Positions 37,177-47,894 of a stretch of DNA of 64,000 bases are shown piece after piece (position 1 is the first letter of the stretch; the number at the start of each line of letters is the position of its first letter). A program made the position numbers and the translations under genes. Source of the stretch: Diplonema japonicum (Eukaryota; Protista; Euglenozoa: Diplonemea). A model generated the notes under the pieces. It saw only the letters and a list, made by a program, of their open reading frames with translations. It had not been told where the DNA came from and made no database searches. Location of the stretch: contig OZ025673.1 of assembly GCA_964019335.1 (NCBI GenBank), positions 62,001 through 126,000 of the forward strand, read 5' to 3'.

Positions 37177-37817
37177 CCGTTTCTTTTTGTCTTTCTGTTT
37201 TTATTTCTTTTTTTTTATTTCCCTTCTTTTTTTGTTTTTAGCCCGGGAAATGTATATATAGCACTCAACGGACTATGGCAGAAGGCGGTTGTGATGATGC
37301 AAATAATAAAAAAAAAACTGATAAGGGTATAAATTGTTTGTACCGAACAAAAAAAAACGACTTTTTCTTTTTATTTACAAGAAATACCCATAAGAAATAG
37401 ATAAAAAAATTAAGAAAGCCACCACAAACCTCTCACCACCATGCTGCATTATATAAAGGGAAGGGGATTAGGGGAAGTCTCTCTTTTCATCTGCTGATAT
37501 ATAAAACTGCCATGCCCTCAGGAGGCAGGCGAATAAAAAAATATAGATCCTTATCATTCATTTATTCTTTTTTTTTTGCTTCATTTTCTTTTCTTTTTTT
37601 TTTTTCCTTTTCGATTCCAAAAGGTTAAAAAAAAAGGGGGGGGATAGGGAAAGACAAAAAAAGGGGGAGGGGGACACCTCTCACTACAACCCCCCCGTGA
37701 AACCATGTTTTCTTCTTTTTTTTTTTTCCCATCCAAAAAAAAAAAAAGAAAAGAAACAAATGAGAAACAACGGGGGGGGTGAAGGGGGTATGAAAAAAAT
37801 AATTTATTAATTATTAT

Positions 37818-38533
37818 TTAAGCGCCGGGGTTGGGCATTTGAGTGAACATGCCATTGTGGTTCCCCATGTACATGGGAGTGGGGAACTGCTGGACGGGGA
37901 TGTAAGAAATGGGAACCATAGATTGAAGAGGAGCACCGAGGAAAGGAACAAACTGTTGTTGGGCCGCCCCGTAATTGAATTTTTGAGCAAGGGCAAGAGT
38001 ATCCTGGTTCATGGCAAAGGCCATGGGAGCAGTGGCAAGAGGGGCTTGCTCTTCCTTCGCCTCCTGAGGCTTGTCAAAGTGGTGAAGGTATTTCCTCCAC
38101 TTCCTCAGCTCCTTGTCCCAGTTCCTCTTAGACATGTTAAGCGATGAAGGGGATGTGGGAGGTGTTTCCATGTCGTTCTCACCTCTGTTCTCCTTAGGAA
38201 TTGTCAGTGCGTACTGCTGGTAGCCATAGGTGCTCTTACCGATCCTTATCTGCTTCTGCCTCTGCTGCAGCCTCCCGAGCGGGGGGGTCTTCTCAACCTT
38301 TTCTTCTTCTTCATTGTCGTCACTCTCCTTCTCTTGGTTCTCATTCAGCAATCGCAAGAGCGACTTGCAGTCAATCGCTTCGTCCTCGCCTTCGATGAGA
38401 CCGGGCATCGCACACTGTGGTGTTTTTTAGTTTGGGGCGGGTGTGGGTGTGGGTGGGATACCTCCTCAAGCAACGTGTCGACGTTCTCTTCGGTGAACAC
38501 GCTGTCAATGGACTGCGACTGCGGGGTGGTCAT
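37818..38533 (-). CDS. SLBP: Histone RNA stem-loop binding protein (SLBP)-like
   Basis: RQKQIRIGKSTYGYQQY..IPKENR...TP...SKRNWDKELRKWRKYLHHFD matches the SLBP RNA-binding domain. A 47-nt intron (38415-38461) links the first exon MTTPQSQ...LLEE. Confidence 0.85.
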
Positions 38534-38624
38534 CTTGAGTTTTAAAGGTGTTTTCTTTTTTCTTCCTTCTTATAATAAGGGGGTGTTCCCGATGAGGGTG
38601 AACGGCTTTAAAAAAAAAAAAAAA

Positions 38625-38725
38625 TCACTATGATAGGAACGAAGTGGTTAGCAACGGCCCGCCGCGGTGGCGTGCCTACCTTATGATGCTCCCCTTTTGG
38701 GGTCGTTCCATGCAAAAAAAAAAAA
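38625..38725 (+). mobile_element. Best-preserved copy of a ~90-bp dispersed element with a 3' A-tract (candidate non-autonomous SINE-like element)
   Basis: TCACTATGATAGGAACGAAGTGGTTAGCAACGGCCCGCCGCGGTGGCGTGCCTACCTTATGATGCTCCCCTTTTGGGGTCGTTCCATGC(A)12, flanked by A-tracts. Homologous copies occur elsewhere in both orientations; mobility is inferred. Confidence 0.55.
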
Positions 38726-38758
38726 GAGCGGCCAATCTCCTTGGAAAAGGAATGCGTC

Positions 38759-39984
38759 TCATAAGAACTCCACCGAGCTCTGCTTCTTGCTCACCGCAAG
38801 CGGCACCTCGATGTGACTTGCATACATGTGATACGGTCCAAGCTGTCCGCCCCGCTCCTTAAACAGTGCAAGGGATTCCATTAAAGGGGTCGACTTGGCT
38901 ACGCTCTTCTTAGTCTTGCACTCTGTGTAGCGACCCACCTTCCAATGCGGGGGCCACCTGATGCTGGTAGGCGGGGTGAGGTCGACGGGGCTGGGGGGGC
39001 ATCCCGGCACCGTTACGCGAAGGGCTTTCATCATTTTGATCTTGTAGTCAGGCGGGAAGTGCACATCGTCTGCCACCGTTGCGAGGAACGCGGGCACGCT
39101 GCCGTTGGGTTCCAGTGTGGGCTGCATGACAGGGTCGTGTGCGATGGTGGACCTCAGCAGCATCAGCGGCACAACGCCCTGCGACGTGAAGGGGAGGGAC
39201 TCCAGGATGGAACGCAGCCTGTGCAGCACCTTGTTCCAGGCCCCCCTGGCCTGCCCCTGCCCGATGGCCTTGCTCACATCCTCCTTCATAGCGTCCCACA
39301 TGGCTGAGAGCTCGCCTCGCGTGACGAGCGAGACCGCCGACTGCGACGACGTGTCGCCCTTCACCTTCTTGTAGTAGTAGGCCAGGGAGCTGAGGGGGTC
39401 CCAGCCCAGCGCAGCAGACATCGTCTCCACGAAGGTGGTGTAGCTGATCCGAGGCTCCGTGTGCGACTCCCGCACAGGCGCCAGCATGGAGCGCAGCTTT
39501 GCACGCCTCAGGTCTTCATCGTCTTCGTCACCCAAACCGAGCACAAGACACACCCACCCTAGCTGCTGGACGGACATGGTGCCGCTGGCGTCGCAAAGGG
39601 AGAGGAAAGATGCCTTCACCAACAAAGGTGGCATCTTGATCAGCGGCCTTACAGACAGGCTGCTAGCGTACAGCCTGTTCCGAAAGAGCGCACAATAGAT
39701 AGGCGGAGCCTTCTGCCCCTCCTTCATGGTGCTGTCCTTCAGCCCGCTGAGCATCCGCACGGCGTTGCTATCCTCCTCACGCTGCACGCGCCGTGCCCGC
39801 GGCTTGTAGTACCTATTCAGGGTGACGGGGGGGCATGGCACGGGTGCAGTTTGTACCTGAATACCAAAACGAGGTGTCGAGCTGGAAGCGCAGGTCTGTG
39901 TGCGCACAAATGGAGGGGCAGGACGGAAGAGGCTGTCGAAGAAAGGCGCCGAGAAGGTGGAGCCGTGCATGGACGCAACACCAT
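38759..39984 (-). CDS. Hypothetical protein, possible degenerate EF-hand region
   Basis: 403-aa ORF. A probable 44-nt intron (39813-39856) links an ATG at 39984; the start and 3' end are uncertain. Confidence 0.6.
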
Positions 39985-40040
39985 GTCACCTTGGGGAGTA
40001 TGCTGAACCAACAAACAAAAAATCATTTTTAAAAAACAGA

Positions 40041-40111
40041 AAAATTACGGTTACCCCCCCCCCATCAACCAGCAAAATTACGGTTACCCCCCCCCCCCCC
40101 CCCATCAACCA
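40041..40111. repeat. Tandem duplication AAAATTACGGTTA(C)nATCAACCA x2
   Basis: Two adjacent copies (40041-40071 and 40074-40111) differ only in C-run length and lie just past the stop codon at 40113. Confidence 0.85.
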
Positions 40112-40112
40112 A

Positions 40113-40802
40113 CTAACCTGACTGGTAAGTACCGTCATCGGTCATAAGGGAACCCCACTGGTGCCCACCGTAGGACTTTATAAGGATCCATTTTGAACCA
40201 TCAAACGCAATGAGTTTCTTTGCGTAGTCCCCTATGTTCACATAGTACTGGTAGGCCTGCGACTCGCTGTCAAACCGGGGGGATGTGTTTAGCCCGCTGT
40301 TGTGCCATTTCACGATCCACTTCGGTCGCCCTGGTGTGTCTGGGACAGCAGGCCCAACACCATTCGCACTGCCGCCCTTTTCAACTAGTCCTCTGAAGGT
40401 TTCGATGGTGTTTTTTGAGATATCTGTGAGCTCTTTGACGCGTGCCTCGAAATCGTCCTTCAGCCCGGCTACCTTTTCAACAAGCTTGTCCTCAATCTCT
40501 TTCATTTCTTCCAGTCCTCCGTCTTCGCCTAAATCGCCCTTTTGCACCATTAACATGTACTTTCTGGCCTCGCTTGCGTTTCTTTCTAAAATCCCGATTT
40601 GGATCGACATCTCCTCTTGCATATCACGAACTTCTTTGAGGGTGCCAACGTAAGCTTCCGTTGCTAAATATGTTCGCCAACTGCGGTTTTTTTTTTTTTT
40701 TTTTCTTCTTTCTCTTGCACACCTCCTCAAGCCCCAACCCAGCACAGCAACAGTTCCCACTCCCATAATCATTAATTTTAAGTCATCAGCTGATACTTTC
40801 AT
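40113..40802 (-). CDS. Hypothetical single-pass membrane protein with a coiled coil and an aromatic-rich C-terminal domain
   Basis: ATG 40802 (MKVSADDL); hydrophobic segment MIMGVGTVAVLGWGL; heptads. The upstream HT-repeat extension in the ORF track is the microsatellite. Confidence 0.7.
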   Translation of the reverse strand: MKVSADDLKLMIMGVGTVAVLGWGLRRCARERRKKKKKNRSWRTYLATEAYVGTLKEVRDMQEEMSIQIGILERNASEARKYMLMVQKGDLGEDGGLEEMKEIEDKLVEKVAGLKDDFEARVKELTDISKNTIETFRGLVEKGGSANGVGPAVPDTPGRPKWIVKWHNSGLNTSPRFDSESQAYQYYVNIGDYAKKLIAFDGSKWILIKSYGGHQWGSLMTDDGTYQSG

Positions 40803-40820
40803 TTTTTTCTTTCTTGGGAA

Positions 40821-40943
<123 letters not shown>

Positions 40944-42717
40944 GGGGTTCCCTTTAGCCAATTATTTTTCTTTTTTTTACATCCCCCCCGTAATTTTTCA
41001 AAAAGTAGTTTAATTCAAAAAAAAGGGGAAAAAAAAAACCACCTAAAACAAAGAGAGAGAAAAAAATAGGGAAATGGGGGGGGGGGGATGGTGGGCAATA
41101 AAAATAAGTTTTTTTGTTGAGGGGGGAGGGTAGTAGAGGGTAAGAAGAAAAAAAAAAGAAAAGAAATAAAACATGTGGTGGTAGGGGGGGGTGGGGGGAA
41201 TGCATCGTCTTCTTTTCTTTCTTTTTTTTTTGCGTGTACGAGTTTCTATCTCTATTCCTCTTTGTATTTGCTCCTTGTAATGGCCTCTGGAGAAGCCAAG
41301 GAGAGGGGTGGTGGGAGCGGAGGAGTGGAGAAAAAAAAAAAAGAAGAAAAAATAGAAAATATGAGGAGGGGTTAACTAAATACTCCCTTACCCCTGTTTC
41401 CTAGTCCTTCATCTTCTTTCTTTTAAAGCTATTGGCGCTTGTCTTCTTTTTTTTTTTGTGCTTTTCTTTCTTTTTTCTTCTTCTTCTTTCGGTCCTCCTC
41501 CTCTCACTTTCCCTTTTTTTCCCCTTTTTTTTTTCTTTTTTTTTTAAATCCCCTTATCCTTGGTGTGAAATGAATGTGAGAAAGAAGAGAAAAAAAAAAC
41601 AAGTACTGTTTCTTTCTTCTTCATTTCTTTTCTTTTCTTTTCTTTTTTTTTAAAAATTGTTTGGTTGCTTTTTTTCTTTTCTTTTTTTTTAAATTTAATT
41701 TCTTTTCCTCAGAAACAAGCCGATTTATTTTTTCGTCTTGCTTCTTCGCTGTATCCTCTTACCCCCCCCTCTAGCACACGCACGAGGGTCGCGCTTTAAG
41801 TACCTTCCTTTTTTGCTTCTTTTTTTTGCTTTTTTTTCCTTTTCTTTTCTTTCTTCTTTTCTTTTTTAAATTGAGTTCGAAAAGACTGCACCCTTCTCTT
41901 GACATTTTTGTCGGGACGAACATCTTATTCTCTTTTTGCCTTTCCAGACCGCGACTAGCGACTTTTTTGTTCCCCCTTTGTTCTTCTTTCGAATGATTTG
42001 AGATACTAATGAAAAAAAAAAAAAAAAAAAAAAAAACAGTTCTCCTCAAGATCGTCGCACTCTTCAAACTGCTGATTTACTATCACAGTAATTAAGGGCC
42101 GCTTTTGCAAAGACTAGCCACAAAAAAAAAAAGAAGTATTTTCTGACAAACTACTGGGATATGAAAGCAGCTACAATTATTTTTTGCCCTCTGCTCTTTT
42201 TCTTTTTTCATTTTTTTCTTTTTCTTCTTCTCGGGTCTTCAGAAAATCAGCAAATTAAAAAGCACAGAGTTGGAGGAATGAAAAAAGGGGGGGGGGGGAA
42301 GAAGAAGAAATGGAAGAGAAAAAAAAAAGAAGAAACCGGAAAGGCAGAGGAGAGGAATAAAAATATAAAAATAAAAATAAAAGCAAACTTTTGAGCGCCA
42401 CAAAACAGAAGAAAAAAGGGCAGGGGTGAATAGGGAAGGGGAAGGGGACATGGTAGAGGGACAAATGTGTGTGTGATTTCTATTTGTTTCTTTCCTTTTC
42501 TTTTTTTTTTTTCCTTCTCCTTCTCTTCCAGCTTCTTAGTTCCTCGTACTTCTTACAATTCACTAATAAAAAAAAAGAGCTTTGAAAGTACCCCATAGAC
42601 TGGCATCGTGTTACCACAGTGAAGGGGCACGAGAAAAGAAGCTGAGGTTCTTTTTTTTTTCTTTTTTTTTTCATTTCTTTCCCCTTCCCACATCCATGCA
42701 ATAAGCTTTATTCTTGT

Positions 42718-42750
<33 letters not shown>

Positions 42751-44495
42751 TTTTCCTCAGCAGTAATATGAAGGGGGAAAAAAAATCGAATTACGTGTGT
42801 TTTCTACCCTCGTATCCCTTTTTTTTCCCCCCTCCTTTTTTTTTTCCCCTTTCCCAAAAGGTTCCTTAAAGGTGTCAAAATCCTGTGGCAATCACACCAA
42901 AAAATGTGTTGAAAAGAGGGAGGGGACGGGGGAAGGGAGTAAAAACCATAAAAAAAAAAAAAAAAAAAAAAAAAAAGACGAGACAAAATGCTACCAACCT
43001 TAGCCCACAAGCCCTGTACCCCAAGGAACAGGGAAAAGGTAAGCCAACCGCAGACCCCTCCTTACATTTAAAAAGGTTGCAAGTCTGCTTAGAGGCTGAG
43101 GGAAAGTTGCAGTTCAGCAAGAAAACCATTGCCTAAAACAATACTGTCAAAATCTCGACAAGAAGAGGGGGAATAAAAATTTTTAAAAAAAAGTGTGGTG
43201 ATAACGGGGGGGGGGGGAGAAAGAAAATAAATGATTGCTTTAAAAAAAAAAAAGTGTCCTCTCTTTATTGAAACAGAAACTAAAAGAAGGGGGAGAGGAA
43301 AGGCCGAGTGTGAGAATCGGAGTCTACCCCCCTTTCCCCTAGAAGTAAACCTTTTTATTTCTTTGATTGCTTTCCCCTCTCCTCCTTTTTTTTTTTTATA
43401 GTTTCTTTTTGTTTTTTTTTTTTTTTTTTCCTCTTGAAATAGCTAGTTTAGTTTTCTTACCGCCTTGTTTGCTTGGACGGGATGGGGGATAAAAGTAAAA
43501 AAAAAAAAAAAAAAATTCCTCATAGGACCTGTTGTTTCGATACTTGTATAAGAAGAAAAGAAGAAAAACAACACTGAAAAACCTCTTTATCTTTCATGGA
43601 ATAATAGGGTACTGGGAAAGGTTTCTTTGTGAAAAATGGGGGGGGGGGGGGGGGGGGATGACATCGAAAAAGTGGCAAAAAAAAAAAAAAAAAAAAAAAA
43701 AAAGTGCAACCGAGTTCAGCACACACAAGAAAGCTCAGGGACTGATCTGCAAAGGGACCACGCCATGCCAGCTACACGTGGTGACATCTAAAGATGAACA
43801 CTGGCTATGAAAAAAAGGGAGGGGAAAAAAAAAAAAAAGAAAAGCATAGTTTTGTTCACGGAAGCACAAAAAAAAAAAAAGAAGAGATTTCATCAAACCA
43901 AGGGGGGGGAAAAAAAAAGTCGTTTTTTTTCTTCACACGGGCAGAATAAAGAGGTTTTGCAGAGTGGAGGGGATTTAAGAAAAAAAAAAAAAGAAAAAAC
44001 AAAACAAAAAAAAAGTCTCACGAAAAAAAAAAAAAAAAAAAATGGGAGAGGTGGAAAAAAGAAAAAAAAATCTTTTTTTTAGTAGTCTCGTCCACCATTC
44101 TTAATTTTCCGGGAAAGGGGGGAAATGCTGAAAATTGCAAAAAGCAACGCACAACCCGAAAGAGAAAATGCCCCGGGCTGAGAGTTCTACCGTCAGCAAA
44201 AAAAATTAAAAAAAAAAAGGTACCTTGAGGATTTTCTACCAAGTCAGGGCACACACGGCCCTTCTGTGACGGCCACCGACGCGCAGGTAGGCCGTATATT
44301 GAAACCGTTGTGCTGAGAGTGGAGAACCCTTCCCCCCCCCCCCCCCCCCCCTCGGGTTTGCGGTTCTGCGTGCTTTATTTTCTTTACTTAAATTATTCTG
44401 GGCGTACAGAGTGTCGCGCCTTTTTTTTCTTTTTTTTTCTTTTTATGTGTTTTCCCTTTCCCCCCCCCTTTTTTTTACTTTCCCGTTTTCTGTAC

Positions 44496-46215
44496 TCACT
44501 TCTCTTGCCCGAAGTGCTTCTTGATGTGTTCATCTAGCTCTGCTTCGGACATGGCGTGCACACCCTCGTTGTCCTTGCCCTTCTTCTTCACAACACGTTT
44601 CGTAGATTTCGAGCCGCCCGCAGGCTCACCAGCAGTGGGTGAGGGAACGGGGCTTGTAGTCGGCGAAGTGACGGCGACTGATGACCTTCTCGAATCGATG
44701 CCTGGAGTGGACGACTTCCTTGAGCCAGGAGGGGAGTACAGTTCCAACCCCTCTGCAAGGGAATCAGTGTCCTTCTCAGGCGGGGGGGACGGTGATGGTG
44801 ACGCTTGCCTGTTTGGCTCCCCCTCCCCCAGTCTGTAGCTTTCCATGGCCTGTACCTCGACAGAGGGTGCGGGCAGCGGTACTCTTCGCCTTGTCACAAG
44901 CTGTGCGAGGCCTTCCATCCCTCCGTCACCAAATGTCGGGCCCTTCCGGATCGCCTCCAAGTCGCTTAGAATGGCTGCACGTCTTGCGCCGTCCAGTTCG
45001 GACACTGTGCTGCACCTTCTTGTCGGGTCGTAGCTCATGAGCCCCCCCCCGAGGCCGCCCGTCTCGGAGATGATCGACGTCCTTCTGTAGTCCATCTCGC
45101 TGAACAGTGAGGCGCGTCTGTCATGGATGCTGTTCTCCGTGCTGAAGGCCACGCTTGCACGCCGTTCTGTGATGAGCGACGGCGGCTCGCTGATCGACGT
45201 CGCAATCGACGCACGTCGCTGCTGCACAGCAATGTCCTCGCTCAGGAGGCTCGGGTGCTCGCTGCCGATGCTCTCACGCCTTGTGTCCACATCGTGCAAC
45301 TCTCGCTCTGCGACCGCATCTTCAGCAGCCTGCTTCGCGAGGGGCGGCATGGCCCGCAGCACAGCCTCGCCGAACTGCTCGTACCGCTCCATCAGCCCAG
45401 ACTTCTTCTTGTGGACATGCAACAAATGACACGAGTCTATGAATGGAGTTAACTGTTGCAGCAAACAACATACCATTCGGACAGTGTCCTCGCAAGAACG
45501 GAAGGCATCTCGGGACGTGCGAGCTCGGAAGCTTCCATTTTCTTTGGCAGGTTCTGCATCTGAGGATCTTGCTTCCTTTTCTTGTCCGCACGTCGTCCCA
45601 GTCGTTGTGCACGCAGGGCCGTTTCTGTGGTGCTGCTCTGTGGTGTGTTCGAAGTGCATACCACGCTGGGCGGCATGTTTGCGATGTCCTCCTCGTTGAC
45701 ATCTTGAGCAGCGGTGTCGGGGGGGAGCGGGGCTGATGCAGCAGGCTTCTTTGGAACGGGCTTGTGCTTCATGTGCTTTGGGGAGCCGAGCTGGCTGTTC
45801 GTTGGGGAGCTGTAGCCGGAGGAAACGGGGGAATGAGGAGAATGGGGGGAGCCGGGTTGCAGCTGGGGCGGCTGGTGCTGCTGGATGAGCTGGGGATTGA
45901 GAATCGGAGGCACTGGCTGTTGCGGGATCTGCGGGGGGACCTGCTGTGGCTGTGACTGGTTCGCAGACTGGAAGCTTGCTTGCGCCCGTCTCTGTTCCAT
46001 CCCCGGCTGCGCAAACCCTTGCTGCTGCGGTACCTGCGGCACGCTGCCTTGGGGCACGTTCCCCTGCTGCACGTTTCCTTGATTGGGCTGTAGATGTGTT
46101 GAAAAGGAAATTATTTAAACGAAAAAAGAGGGAATACCAAGTTTAAAACAAACGCATAGGGCTGTTGCTGCACCTGCTGCCCAGGGTACACCGTCTGTGG
46201 CTGGGTAGCCAACAT
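44496..46215 (-). CDS. CCCH zinc-finger RNA-binding protein with a Gln/Pro-rich N-terminus
   Basis: Introns 46088-46137, 45625-45661 and 45437-45473 join three ORF frames. This gives PCVHNDWDDVRTRKGSKILRCRTCQRKW followed by C-x7-C-x4-C-x3-H (CLPFLRGHCPNDSCHLLH). Confidence 0.85.
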
Positions 46216-46455
46216 CTTATTACTCGCAATTTTTCTTGGGATATTTATTTAAAAATAAAAAAAAAAAATTAAAAAGGCAAAGGAAATATCTGTGGGTTTC
46301 CTTTTTTTCTTTTTTTTTCCTCTTTGTGGAAATTCCTTTCCCTTTTTCCCTGTTGTAAGTTTTTTTTTTTTTTCCCGAAAAAAAAAGGGGGGGGGGAAAG
46401 AAGAAAAAAACTCAACTTTAGCCAGATGTCTCAGAAAAGACGAACCATAGTGTCC

Positions 46456-46908
46456 CTACTGTATTTCACTCCGTTTTCGCTTCACACCCTGACCCTGAGA
46501 TTCTGCGAACACTGAGCGGGACATTGAAAAATCTGAAATGGGCGTCTCGGCTTCGCTTGAAGAAAGGCAGACAAGAAGCTGCTTGTGGACCTTGTCCATG
46601 AGTCTCACAAGGTTTTGAAGGTAAGCCCATTCCGGGGGGTCCTCCGGGTCCGCAACCATAACAGCATACTCCGAATGATAAAGGTCAGGGGACCCTCTGT
46701 ATAACACATAATCACAGCCATAGGCCAGCCCGCCCCTAACTGTCCAACCTTTGTCTTCGTACCACTGCCGTACCCTTCCTTCCTTGTCTCGGCCAGCCTC
46801 TCCCCACCCCCCTTGTCCATCCCCCTCAACGACCATGTCGCCTTCTTCAAAACACGTCACCTCGTACCGCCCCCAACCAGGGGGCTCTAGATTTTTGACA
46901 AGCTCCAT
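46456..46908 (-). CDS. TSEN2: tRNA-splicing endonuclease catalytic subunit (SEN2-like)
   Basis: KGWTVRGGLAYGCDYVLYRGSPDLYHSEYAV and VRLMDKVHKQL carry the Tyr-His-Lys triad pattern. Confidence 0.8.
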   Translation of the reverse strand: MELVKNLEPPGWGRYEVTCFEEGDMVVEGDGQGGWGEAGRDKEGRVRQWYEDKGWTVRGGLAYGCDYVLYRGSPDLYHSEYAVMVADPEDPPEWAYLQNLVRLMDKVHKQLLVCLSSSEAETPISDFSMSRSVFAESQGQGVKRKRSEIQ

Positions 46909-47010
46909 GGTTCTAAAACATTATGTTGGAGATGTTTCAACGTAACAAAACAAAGAAAATTGGTTTTATTACTACATCAAGGGGGGGGGGGGGGGGGGGA
47001 GGGGGGAGAT

Positions 47011-47744
47011 TTACTTCTTAGATGTTCCCAGGAGGTTCTGCAGCGACATGGTCAATTTTTCGTTGGCCCTCTTCAGTTTCTCCACCTGTTCTTGATGCTG
47101 CGCAAAGTCGTGTTTCCGTCTGGCGACCTCCTCCTGCTCGATGCTGGCACACCGTTCGGTGTACTTCTCGACGACGTGCTGCAGGTTGGTGCACTCCGAC
47201 TCCAGTCCTGATATACCGCCCTCCATGGTGGCTTTGCGGTGCTCGGCTTGGAGGGCCTTGCGCATACCGAATGCGACAGATGACTCATATAATTTCTTGT
47301 ATGAGCTGGTGTTGAGGTGCAGTTCGTCTCGCACGCGGAGGAGAAGGAGGCCCCGTTCAGCACAGGCCACTGTGGTCTGCCGGATGACCTCGTCGAAGGC
47401 CTGTGAGTACAACTCCTCCCTGACAGGGCATATCCCCATCTCCCTTGCGTGCTGTTGCTGCAGCTTTGCATCCAACGCCTCCTGTAAATCAATGACATCC
47501 ATCTTGGTCGCAGGAGTGCTCGAGACGTACTGCACCCACTCCGCCCCGTCCTCCGACCACATCCTTGGTGGCACAATCGTGTTCAGCGTGTCTTCAGTGG
47601 CTTGCTTCACCGCTGTCTTCTTTGAATTCTTCCTCTTGTACGCCTCGGACAGCAGCACTGTGGTGACGGTGGGGAAAAAAAAAAGAAAAATAATTTACCT
47701 GGGTTTTCATAACTTACGAGCGATTCCTGTGGTCTCGAACCCAT
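47011..47744 (-). CDS. DNALI1: Axonemal inner-arm dynein light chain p28
   Basis: PPRMW..WVQYVSSTPAT, AREMGICPVREELYSQAFDEVIRQ, ERGLLLLRVRDE, SSVAFGMRKAL. The first exon MGSRPQESLVSYENP is joined by intron 47658-47698. Confidence 0.95.
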
Positions 47745-47894
47745 TTCTTTTTTTTTTCTCCCCCTCCTTCCTGTTGTTTATTTGAATATGCGGCAACGAT
47801 TGTGGCTGGAAGGGGGTATGAACAGATTGGACAGAGGGAGAAAAAAAGAAGGGACAAACAAAATGAAATACGACATTCTGGTCTCATCACACTC

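Noticed and set aside
26742-37332. Many 60-170 aa poly-Lys/Phe ORFs in the non-coding tracts
   Set aside because: They are translations of A/T homopolymer runs.
38625-38660. Resemblance of the repeat core to FRT/tetO sites, a hammerhead core, a spliced leader or CRISPR repeats
   Set aside because: Only short partial matches; copies are diverged and irregularly spaced, with no spacer periodicity, no cas genes and no SL consensus.
38688-38705. CCCC-TTTT-GGGG hairpin next to SLBP as a histone stem-loop
   Set aside because: It is on the non-coding strand, upstream of the gene, does not match the GGYYYU-UUUH-ARRRCC consensus and is part of the dispersed element.
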